DNA from: an uncultured Thermoplasmata archaeon | Lineage (GTDB): Archaea > Thermoplasmatota > Thermoplasmata > Halarchaeoplasmatales > Halarchaeoplasmataceae | Direction of reading: 5' to 3' | Assembly (NCBI GenBank): GCA_964399335.1 | Contig: CAYNQI010000020.1 | Span: forward strand, 1 to 19,702 | Length of the DNA stretch: 19,702 bases | Shown: in pieces, positions 1 to 7,995 of the stretch | Position numbering within the stretch: the first letter of the stretch is position 1 | Layout of the letters: every line of letters starts with the position of its first letter | Made by a program: the position numbers and the translations under genes | The notes under the pieces: generated by a model | The model's database searches: none | What the model was told of the DNA's origin: nothing | Seen by the model: only the letters and a program-made list of their open reading frames with translations

Positions 1-148
1 CCAAGGTAATTATAATTAAAATAAAATCCAATTATAAACATTTCGGGATGAAGCCGAATGGGTATCATGGTTATCGATGTTTATGAATATAGTCCAAAAT
101 GAGTAAGCTTCTTTTGCTGAAGGATGTAAAGAGCGGGTTTAGGAGGTT

Positions 149-256
149 CTATTCAAGATAATATCCAGCCTTTTCCCATTCCAAAAGGCCCACTTCGAAA
201 ACCGTGGCATCTTCGAATCCCAATTTAACAAGTTTTTCCGCCGCTAAGTAAAAAGA
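149..256 (-). pseudogene. C-terminal fragment of a rhodanese-like (sulfurtransferase) domain
   Basis: Manual minus-strand translation 256->149: SFYLAAEKLVKLGFEDATVFEVGLLEWEKAGYYLE*. This fits the rhodanese C-terminal pattern (AA..L..lGF..v....gG...W..aG.p.e). An in-frame TGA lies at 259-257, there is no start codon, and the N-terminal part is missing. Confidence 0.6.
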
Positions 257-260
257 TCAC

Positions 261-1367
261 TCACCGCTCCACCTTAACTCCCAACTTCTCCCGCACCCAG
301 AACGCCGCCCGCAGCAGTATCAACAGCACTATCAACCCGAACACCGACCACCAAACCGGATGGGTCCCGGCAGGCTCGTCAGCACCTTCTTCTTCGTACC
401 ACATCGGCTCAACCACAGGATAACGGTCGACACTCCTGTCCTCGACCCCAGTTCCCAATATGTGGTATGGAGTATCCCATATCCCATCATCCTCTTCAGC
501 ATCCGGATACAACCTTCTGTAATCAGACCAGTAATTACCGGTCTCACCATCGTCCCACTGGTTCTCACCTTCTATGCCGTAACTATCCCAGGCGGGATGA
601 CCGTTGCGAACGAAATCGTTGTGATGGATCCTGTTGAATTCTGAATGTATGTACTCTTCTTCTTCGTTCTCATCCATCTTCTCGATGTATACTCCCCAAC
701 CGTTCCTTAGAAATACGTTGTTATGAACTTTATTGAAACTGGAACTTTCTATGTAGACTCCGAAAGAATTCTCTTCGAACCAGTTACCATCTATTTCACA
801 ATCATCCGAACCTTCTATACCTACTCCCGTTCCGCTGTGCCATCCTATTTCATTATCGTAAAGGGTAATGTTCTCAGAATCAACCACGTTTACACCATGA
901 TCCACGGTCTCCCTTATCAGATTCCCTCGGATCCTGTTACCACTGACGTTGATGTTCCGAGAACCGACGATGTAGATGTTATGCCATACGTTATCCACTA
1001 CAAAATTATCAACAATCGTACCGTTCTCGGAATTGTAGATGTAGATACCGGTGTTTTCGAAGTATGGTTCCATCCGCTGACTAGCGTTGTGAAAGTGACA
1101 TCCACGTATCACAAAGTGATCAGTAACGTTACCGATAAACACTCCGTACCCGTGTTCACTCCCGTCGATAACCGCTCCTTCGATGACCCACGGGTCTGCA
1201 GAACTACCGTTCCCATCCCATCCCCTTTCATCGGCCAAATCAGCGAACTCCTCGTCCCCATCGATCCTTATAGGACTCTCCACTTCTTCACCACTGGACA
1301 AGACAGTAACAAGACTAACAGATACTAGAACGACAAGTACCACCAAGCAAACCTTCGTCTTATCCAT
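261..1367 (-). CDS. Membrane-anchored NosD/CASH right-handed parallel beta-helix repeat protein (cell-surface)
   Basis: N-terminal hydrophobic signal/anchor. Repeated 'GIYI..S.N..I..N.' beta-helix units, GNYWSDY and DGIWDTPY motifs typical of archaeal NosD-domain proteins. C-terminal TM helix followed by a basic tail. Confidence 0.8.
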   Translation of the reverse strand: MDKTKVCLVVLVVLVSVSLVTVLSSGEEVESPIRIDGDEEFADLADERGWDGNGSSADPWVIEGAVIDGSEHGYGVFIGNVTDHFVIRGCHFHNASQRMEPYFENTGIYIYNSENGTIVDNFVVDNVWHNIYIVGSRNINVSGNRIRGNLIRETVDHGVNVVDSENITLYDNEIGWHSGTGVGIEGSDDCEIDGNWFEENSFGVYIESSSFNKVHNNVFLRNGWGVYIEKMDENEEEEYIHSEFNRIHHNDFVRNGHPAWDSYGIEGENQWDDGETGNYWSDYRRLYPDAEEDDGIWDTPYHILGTGVEDRSVDRYPVVEPMWYEEEGADEPAGTHPVWWSVFGLIVLLILLRAAFWVREKLGVKVER

Positions 1368-1411
1368 GGCAAATAATAAATGTTTTCTGTGATATTAAAT
1401 CTTTGTCGATA

Positions 1412-1429
1412 CACTTGCACCCAAGTGCA
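1412..1429. promoter_or_regulatory. Candidate operator palindrome between the divergent NosD-domain and MATE 1 genes
   Basis: CACTTG-cacc-CAAGTG (1412-1427) overlaps TGCAC-ccaa-GTGCA (1416-1429), about 40-55 nt upstream of the MATE 1 ATG. Confidence 0.3.
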
Positions 1430-1466
1430 TAAATTGTAAATATGACAGCAGGAATGGGCTGAAAGA

Positions 1467-2900
1467 ATGAGTAACTTTATCACATACCTCAAACAGACGA
1501 TGGGACGTCCATCAAAAGAAGAGATACTCAACGGAGATATAATTCCACTTCTCTTCAAACTCGGTTGGCCCTTGATGATAGCCAACCTGTTACAGACCGC
1601 TTACAATCTAGCGGACACCCTCTGGTTAGGACGTTTACCGACGCCTGAAAACACCCTCTCCGTAGGTGCCATGAGTTTAGCATGGCCCTTCGTTTTCCTT
1701 TTACTATCCATAGAACTAGGTCTAGGTATCGCTGCTGTGGCACTGATCTCCCAGCACACGGGAGCAAAACGTTTCAAGGAAGCCCAGGAAGATGCCGGGC
1801 AGCTTTACTTCATAATATTCGTATTATCCATAGTTTTAGGTGCCATCGGTTACCTCACCGCACCTACTTTTATCAATTTCCTCGCAGAAGAAGGAGCAGT
1901 AGCATCTTACGCCATAGACTACCTTCAGATAATCTTCCTCGGATTCCCACTACTATTAACTTTCGCAGCTTTCTCCTTCGCTTTAAGAGCATGGGGTGAT
2001 ACCATCACTCCCATGGCTGTCATGTCACTCTCAGTAATAATCAACATAGGCCTAGACCCGTTCCTAATCTTTGGATGGGGACCCTTCCCAGCCATGGGTA
2101 TAAGAGGAGCAGCCATCGCCACCGTTTTCTCAAGATCCATAGGAGCTATTATATCCCTTTACCTGATGTTCGGAGGGAAAGTCGGTTTAGAACTGAAATT
2201 ACACTATATGAAACCGAACATCGATAAGATAAAAAAATTCTTCAAGATCGGTCTACCGGCGACAGGAGCCCGTGTTTTCGACGCAGTGGGTTTTGTAGTT
2301 CTTACCGGACTTCTTGCTAGACTACCGCAGCAGGAAGAAGTCTTAGCGGCTTACGGCATCGGAAGCCGTATCATCAACATCACCTTCGTGATCGTATTCG
2401 GTCTAGGTATCGCTTTAAGTACCATGGTAGGTCAAGCTTTAGGTGCAGAAAAGAGAAACAGGGCCGATAGGATCGCAAAGAAAGGGATGATGCTAATGGC
2501 CGGTTTCATGGTGATTATCTCTTTATTTTTAGTACTTCTACGTTATCCACTGATGACTTTCTTCATCCCGGGGGACCCAACCGTAATCCGTATGGGAGCT
2601 ATGTTCCTAGCTATCTTAGCCATCGGGGGACCCTTCTTTGGCATATTCGAAGCAGTTTCAGGAACTCTAAACGGTGCGGGACACACATTCAAACAGATGC
2701 TTTTGAGCATAACGAGACTTTGGGCACTACGTATACCCTTCGTAGCCATCTTCGCCTTCCTACTAACCATGCAATCTACCGGTGTATGGATCGCCATAGC
2801 ATTCAGTAACGTTATAGCCGGAACTGCCGCTTACATAGTTTACAGAAGAGGTGAGTGGAAGGATATGATCATCGACAAAGCCAAGGTCCCTCGCACATAA
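1467..2900 (+). CDS. MATE family efflux transporter (copy 1)
   Basis: 477 aa with about 12 hydrophobic helices. Hallmark segments LGWPLMIANLLQTAYNLADTLWLG, GDTITPM, NIGLDPFLIFG, MGIRGAAIATVFS, KIGLPA. Confidence 0.95.
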   Translation: MSNFITYLKQTMGRPSKEEILNGDIIPLLFKLGWPLMIANLLQTAYNLADTLWLGRLPTPENTLSVGAMSLAWPFVFLLLSIELGLGIAAVALISQHTGAKRFKEAQEDAGQLYFIIFVLSIVLGAIGYLTAPTFINFLAEEGAVASYAIDYLQIIFLGFPLLLTFAAFSFALRAWGDTITPMAVMSLSVIINIGLDPFLIFGWGPFPAMGIRGAAIATVFSRSIGAIISLYLMFGGKVGLELKLHYMKPNIDKIKKFFKIGLPATGARVFDAVGFVVLTGLLARLPQQEEVLAAYGIGSRIINITFVIVFGLGIALSTMVGQALGAEKRNRADRIAKKGMMLMAGFMVIISLFLVLLRYPLMTFFIPGDPTVIRMGAMFLAILAIGGPFFGIFEAVSGTLNGAGHTFKQMLLSITRLWALRIPFVAIFAFLLTMQSTGVWIAIAFSNVIAGTAAYIVYRRGEWKDMIIDKAKVPRT

Positions 2901-2932
2901 CACTTATAAACACCATCATTCTATGATTTCAA

Positions 2933-4810
2933 ATGATGGCCTACGGTCCTGAAGGTTACAAAGACGAGATAGATTTTATCCAATCTACTATCGGTAAGTA
3001 TTTCCCCACTTACAAGACACAAGTGGAATACGATATGGTATCGGTTTATATCAACGTATACAGGGGGGAAGATATAGAGGACAGATTCGACGAACTACGT
3101 AAAGAGTTGGTTCCAAAGAACTACATACCATATCTAAGAGATGATAACGGAGAATACGTCATCTCGGTTAAAAAAACAGAAGAAAAGAACTACCGTTCAG
3201 TAAAAACGAACATCGTCATGCTTTTCATAACCATCATCACGACATTGATCGCTGGCACTTTCTGGTGGCACTCATACAGACCCGTAGGAGGTTTTTTCTC
3301 ACTCCATAATATCCTCAACGGAGGTTTGTTCTTCACACTTCCCTTGATGACCATCTTAGGAGTTCACGAACTCAGCCATTACTTTTCAGCCAGATCTCAC
3401 AGTATCCATGCATCATTGCCGTTCTTCATACCAGCCCCACCACCCTTAGGAACCATAGGTGCTTTCATAAGTATCAGGGAACCGATCCCTGACAAAAAAT
3501 CACTCATGGACGTCGGTGTTGCGGGACCTATCGGTGGTTTACTGGTAGCCATACCTGTATCGATCATCGGATTGTACCTTGGAGACGTGATGCCGGCCAC
3601 GGCACCTTTGAGTCCCCAGGGCATGCTGTGGAATTTTAGATTTCCAGCAATTTTAAGGTTCCTTTCATTTATCTTACCCTTCGGAGAAGTCGGGTCGTTC
3701 CACCCCACACTCTTCGCAGGTTGGGTCGGATTTTTAGTCACTGGACTCAACCTTCTACCGGCAGGTCAGTTAGACGGTGGTCACGTCGTAAGAGCGCTTC
3801 TCGGAGAGAAGGCAAAGTATGCCAGCTACGCAGCTGTCATTTTCCTCATAGCAGTCGGCCTTTGGCAGTACATAGGATGGCTGGTCTTCGCATTATTCAT
3901 ACTTTTCTTAGTCGGTGTTAAACATCCTCCACCACTAAACGACTTCACCAACCTAGATAACAAACGTAAGATCATAGGTATAACCGCCGTCATAATACTG
4001 TTCATAAGTTTCCACCCTGTACCTATCGAACAGGCGGAGTACCGATTCGACTATACCATAGATTTGGAGGAATCGACAGTACAGAACATCACTATAAACG
4101 ATACCGCTGTTTACACATTCAAGATCACCAACACGGGCTCTTCAGATAACGATGTCTTCGATATCAGTGACCAGTACCACATCACTTACTCTCTGAGTAA
4201 CGAAACTTGGAGTGCGAACTTGTACCTCTTACAAAACGATACCTGGCAAGATGTCAACGAGGAGTATGAAACTGATACTCTAGAAAAAGATGACAACATA
4301 ACCATGAGACTCGAAGTGGAACCAGATACCTTCAACGCAACCAGTACTGACATCCAACTGAGAGTGGATTCGACCACCACCAATCTGAGAAGGACTAAAG
4401 ATATAACAACCAACATCAGGTTAGAATACGACGTAGATATCACCGGTGACGATATCATCTATCAGAACATCTTCCTCATGGAAGAAGAAAAGGATGATTA
4501 TCTTTTCAACGTATCCATAACCAACACAGGTAGGATCGACACTTACCATATCGAAACATTATACATCACCAACGAAAGCTGGAATATCTATTACACAGAT
4601 TCACAAACAACTAACACAACCCTCACAATCCTACCTGGCGGATCCGAAACAACAGGCATGATACTCACCCGTGAAGATAACGGAGAAGAGATAGAACTCT
4701 ACAGTTCAAACCAGATCCACTCAACATCCAACGTAGTCGTCCGTTTCGGAATACAAGTTCAAGGATCAGCTAGAACAGAGACCTTCGAGTTCGTAGGAGT
4801 CAAGGCTTGA
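2933..4810 (+). CDS. Site-2 protease (peptidase M50) with C-terminal extracytoplasmic beta-rich extension
   Basis: HELSH (HExxH) zinc motif, AGPIGG, NLLPAGQLDGGH motif and multiple TM helices. Residues ~364-625 are acidic, Thr-rich and soluble. TATA-like CTTATAAA at 2902-2909. Confidence 0.92.
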   Translation: MMAYGPEGYKDEIDFIQSTIGKYFPTYKTQVEYDMVSVYINVYRGEDIEDRFDELRKELVPKNYIPYLRDDNGEYVISVKKTEEKNYRSVKTNIVMLFITIITTLIAGTFWWHSYRPVGGFFSLHNILNGGLFFTLPLMTILGVHELSHYFSARSHSIHASLPFFIPAPPPLGTIGAFISIREPIPDKKSLMDVGVAGPIGGLLVAIPVSIIGLYLGDVMPATAPLSPQGMLWNFRFPAILRFLSFILPFGEVGSFHPTLFAGWVGFLVTGLNLLPAGQLDGGHVVRALLGEKAKYASYAAVIFLIAVGLWQYIGWLVFALFILFLVGVKHPPPLNDFTNLDNKRKIIGITAVIILFISFHPVPIEQAEYRFDYTIDLEESTVQNITINDTAVYTFKITNTGSSDNDVFDISDQYHITYSLSNETWSANLYLLQNDTWQDVNEEYETDTLEKDDNITMRLEVEPDTFNATSTDIQLRVDSTTTNLRRTKDITTNIRLEYDVDITGDDIIYQNIFLMEEEKDDYLFNVSITNTGRIDTYHIETLYITNESWNIYYTDSQTTNTTLTILPGGSETTGMILTREDNGEEIELYSSNQIHSTSNVVVRFGIQVQGSARTETFEFVGVKA

Positions 4811-5765
4811 AAACACAGAATATCCTTTTCAGCGAACCATGTACCCGGCTTTCATAACTCTCTACCAGTTCCAGATATTCTTCACCCATCTCAACGAACT
4901 CCCTTTCAGGAAATATCGTAGATAGATAGCCTCCTTCCCTCAACTTTTTAGAACAGCTTTCGAACAACCTTCTATAAACTTCTACAACATCTTCACCACC
5001 GGTAGATGAAGCTCTACCGTAGGGTGGGTCGGTCACTACACGATCTACACCATCTGGTACAGTGTCGAACACGTCCCCCTCTACGACTTCACCATCGACG
5101 GAGAACTGCCGTAAGTTCTTCCTACACCCCTGGACCATATCAACATCGATATCGCCACCGGAAACCTCCATACCCATCAACCCGGCTTCTAACAGTATAC
5201 CACCGGTACCGCAGAATGGATCGTGAACTTTACAACCCTCTTTGACCCTTCCCAAATTCACCAAAGCCCTAGCGTACCAAGGCTCCAAAGATATGGGGCT
5301 GAAATATTCTCGGTTCTTGACCTTTCTCGTTTTAAACTCTCCCTTATCAACGACAAAAGCTACCCTACCGGAATAAAACCTATCAGATATCAACACCAGC
5401 ACAACATGATCCGGATCATCTAGGTCGATCTCGTTATCTAACCAACCACCGACTTCCCTGCGTACTCTAACAGAATCACCATCCACACCCCCAACTCTTC
5501 TAGTATCGACAGCGACACTACCATCTGGCATCTCGACCTCACAAAATCCAAAATCATCAAACACGAAACCGTGATCCAGTACTCGATGGGTCAATCCCAA
5601 CCGCTTACCGACTTCTAAAGCATCACACTCAGTTTCAACAATGGTTACATACTTCGATGTATCCTTCAAGCTGTAATCTTTACCTAATACTTCTAAAACA
5701 GCCCTCACTTCTGCAGAAGCCAGGTCGTATTCAGGACCCCGCAGTTCAAAAATGAGTTTATCCAT
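4800..5765 (-). CDS. trm11: tRNA (guanine-10-N2)-(di)methyltransferase, archaeal Trm11/TrmG10 type
   Basis: N-terminal THUMP-like region, then SPISLEPWYARALVNL, SAM-binding DPFCGTGG and catalytic TDPPYGR motif. Confidence 0.88.
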   Translation of the reverse strand: MDKLIFELRGPEYDLASAEVRAVLEVLGKDYSLKDTSKYVTIVETECDALEVGKRLGLTHRVLDHGFVFDDFGFCEVEMPDGSVAVDTRRVGGVDGDSVRVRREVGGWLDNEIDLDDPDHVVLVLISDRFYSGRVAFVVDKGEFKTRKVKNREYFSPISLEPWYARALVNLGRVKEGCKVHDPFCGTGGILLEAGLMGMEVSGGDIDVDMVQGCRKNLRQFSVDGEVVEGDVFDTVPDGVDRVVTDPPYGRASSTGGEDVVEVYRRLFESCSKKLREGGYLSTIFPEREFVEMGEEYLELVESYESRVHGSLKRIFCVFKP

Positions 5766-6033
5766 TCCTTATTTCCTCTAATCGATTACGTAATTTCTCT
5801 TCTGTCAAAGTCTCGACGAATTCAACATTCTCGTTGATCACCACGGTCGGTATATGGGTGATATCGTACTTGCTAATAAGGTCCGCCCGGTCCTTGGCTT
5901 TGATGTAATCTACCTCTAGATCATCGTAGTCCTCTTTGATACGTTCCACGGCTTCTTTAGCTGGAGGACAATCGGGGCAAGTTTCAGAATAGATGAATTC
6001 CATCTTGATCTTTCCATCTTCTTCGTTCATCAC
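5758..6033 (-). CDS. Small thioredoxin/glutaredoxin-fold protein (CPDC)
   Basis: CxxC = CPDC near the N-terminus, cis-Pro motif HIPTVVIN, 91 aa. Its stop overlaps the trm11 start. Confidence 0.85.
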   Translation of the reverse strand: MMNEEDGKIKMEFIYSETCPDCPPAKEAVERIKEDYDDLEVDYIKAKDRADLISKYDITHIPTVVINENVEFVETLTEEKLRNRLEEIRNG

Positions 6034-6134
6034 CTTAACAACTAACTACCCTAATTTTAATCTTTTGATTATACGGGTGAAAGAGTTAAATAGTCTTTTT
6101 TGATTCCAAAACCAAAGAAATGGAGGACTTGAAG

Positions 6135-6458
6135 ATGTCTAAACCCATAAAGATAACAGATGAAAACTTCGATAAGCTAATTCAAGAGCATGAAAATGTA
6201 GTAGTAGATTTCTGGGCCACATGGTGTGGTCCCTGTAAGATGATGGAACCGGTATATGAAGAACTGGCGAGAGAATACGATAACGTACTTTTCGGAAAGG
6301 TCAACACTGAGAACAATCCCCAAACGACTTCTAAGTTCGGGATCCAAGCTATCCCAGCGTTCATTTTCATAAAAAACGGACAGCCAGTGAATCAAATAAA
6401 TGGTGCCGTCCAAAAAGACCAGATGAAAGATAAGATAGAGGAAGTATTCGACTTATAG
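6135..6458 (+). CDS. trxA: Thioredoxin
   Basis: VVDFWATWCGPCK active site and IQAIP cis-Pro motif. Start moved from 6120 to ATG 6135 because GGAGGA (6122-6127) is positioned as its RBS. Confidence 0.95.
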   Translation: MSKPIKITDENFDKLIQEHENVVVDFWATWCGPCKMMEPVYEELAREYDNVLFGKVNTENNPQTTSKFGIQAIPAFIFIKNGQPVNQINGAVQKDQMKDKIEEVFDL

Positions 6459-6797
6459 CTCTTCTATAGAAGATTTCATCTCAGTGTACCACTGCTCTAA
6501 ACATTCCTCAGCCTCTTCTCTTATTTTATCCATAGGTCTAGCAGAGTAAAGGAAATAGTAACCACCGTTCCTAATGGTATGTTTTTCCTTATAAACTAAC
6601 CCACAATTCACAAGATTTTCCAAGGATCGGTACACGGTACTCTGATCCCTATCCAACTCTTCCCCTAATTCCTTGGATTTGAACTCTCCACCATCGTTCA
6701 AGATCTTCAACACTTTTTTATCGAGTTTGGAAAGATCGAACAAACACTCCAAAACGTTCTCGCAGTCCACATCGCTAACTGAGAAATCAGGCTTCAT
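6453..6797 (-). CDS. Winged-HTH transcriptional regulator, TrmB-like/COG3355-like
   Basis: ELGEELDRDQSTVYRSLENLV helix-turn-helix and wing GGYYFLY. Four Cys (12, 18, 65, 99). Confidence 0.8.
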   Translation of the reverse strand: MKPDFSVSDVDCENVLECLFDLSKLDKKVLKILNDGGEFKSKELGEELDRDQSTVYRSLENLVNCGLVYKEKHTIRNGGYYFLYSARPMDKIREEAEECLEQWYTEMKSSIEEL

Positions 6798-6876
6798 CTA
6801 TCAACGGTTATGTATCCGTAATACTTAACCATTTCCAAAGGAAACTTATATTACGTATTTTAGAAATACACTATCC

Positions 6877-7335
6877 ATGGGAGACGAGAACGAGGAATTG
6901 AAAGAGGAGATCGAGTCCCTGAAAGACCAGGTCAACACAATGCAGGGTATGCTGGAGAATCTGATGAATATGCATAAGAACGTTCTAAAAAAGGTCTCCA
7001 TGGATTCAGATATTGAAAAACGTTACCTCAAGATGCTCTCCCTATACAAGCACTACGGAAAGATATCTCCATCGGTTTTACCAGGTATAGAAGACTCCAT
7101 CTCTGAAAATATAGTCGAGATCCTTTTAGATGCTAAGAGTGCTAACATCACTCAGATAACTGAAAGATTACGTCATAGAAAGGGTTCTGCCTCACGACAC
7201 ACTGTAAGGGACAGACTAAAGAAGCTTGAAAGCAAAGGGATAGTCAAGAATGAAGAGACCGGGAAAGGTAAAACATACGTTTTAACTGACAAAACCATCA
7301 ACAAGTGGGCAGAATTGCTCGGTATTAAGAAATAG
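6877..7335 (+). CDS. N-terminal coiled coil + C-terminal winged-HTH putative transcriptional regulator
   Basis: Heptad-rich N-terminus, then NITQITERL..ASRHTVRDRLKKLESKGIV..GKGKTYVLT wHTH. TATA-like AACTTATATT at 6843-6852. Confidence 0.7.
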   Translation: MGDENEELKEEIESLKDQVNTMQGMLENLMNMHKNVLKKVSMDSDIEKRYLKMLSLYKHYGKISPSVLPGIEDSISENIVEILLDAKSANITQITERLRHRKGSASRHTVRDRLKKLESKGIVKNEETGKGKTYVLTDKTINKWAELLGIKK

Positions 7336-7370
7336 TTTAGTCACTCTTATAGTATAACAGGTGAAAAAAA

Positions 7371-7727
7371 ATGAGCGTATCAGATATGGATGATATAAAG
7401 GAACTGAAAGAAGTGATGGAAACCCTGAACCAAACTGTACCACCTCTTATCTCTGGTATAGTTGAAGCGGTTTACAACGCTGAGAACAGCAAAGAATTAG
7501 CAAAGAACACTGCAAACTTCTACAAAGAACTGGTCGATGCCGGGATGGAAAAGGACCAGGCTTACCAGCTAACCAGGGATTTCATGAAGGGAAGAGACGT
7601 TGCTAGTCTAGTGAGAGAAGCATTGGGAAGCTCCGGTTTGATGAAAGGTGGAGAGTTCAACGAAGATATCGGTGAAGACATAAAGAAGAAGATCGAAAAG
7701 AAGATGGAAGAGAAGGAGTGGGAGTAG
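7371..7727 (+). CDS. Hypothetical helical protein (archaeal-type, FYKELVDAGMEKDQAYQLT motif)
   Basis: 118-aa ORF with GGTGA RBS. Its stop directly abuts the next ATG. Confidence 0.75.
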   Translation: MSVSDMDDIKELKEVMETLNQTVPPLISGIVEAVYNAENSKELAKNTANFYKELVDAGMEKDQAYQLTRDFMKGRDVASLVREALGSSGLMKGGEFNEDIGEDIKKKIEKKMEEKEWE

Positions 7728-7991
7728 ATGAAAGAGGAGGAAGGTGATGCCATAAAATTCGTAAAGGTATTGGTGTACCTCCTCCCCCTAGTCCTAAAAT
7801 TAGTGATCTTATACCTCCGTTTCAAAAGGATCCAGAAAAAAAAGAGGAAGGCTTTCAAAAAAGTTCTGAGAAAGGAAGGTTTAGACAAGGAAACTGCCGA
7901 ATCCCTTACAGATGAACTTCAAGAGATCGATTTCAAAAGCATCATCTCCAACGTTTCTGGAACAGATCTTAAAGGATTACTAAAATACTGA
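7728..7991 (+). CDS. Hypothetical protein with one hydrophobic helix and a basic patch
   Basis: 87-aa ORF coupled to the upstream gene (TAGATG). Shares a motif with the upstream protein. Confidence 0.7.
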   Translation: MKEEEGDAIKFVKVLVYLLPLVLKLVILYLRFKRIQKKKRKAFKKVLRKEGLDKETAESLTDELQEIDFKSIISNVSGTDLKGLLKY

Positions 7992-7995
7992 TCCT

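Noticed and set aside
257-271. In-frame TGA before the rhodanese fragment read as selenocysteine
   Set aside because: The upstream frame lies inside the NosD-domain gene, is not rhodanese-like, the spacing does not fit the active-site loop, and no SECIS-like element was recognised.
723-1328. 201-aa plus-strand ORF antisense to the NosD-domain gene (and the other antisense ORFs in the track, e.g. 3397-3750, 9150-9560, 12368-12787, 15661-15984)
   Set aside because: Each lies wholly opposite a well-supported gene, has no recognisable motifs or RBS, and is explained by codon bias of the real strand.
7562-7888. 108-aa minus-strand ORF across two plus-strand genes
   Set aside because: Phe/Ser-rich mirror of Lys/Glu-rich sense codons; shadow ORF.
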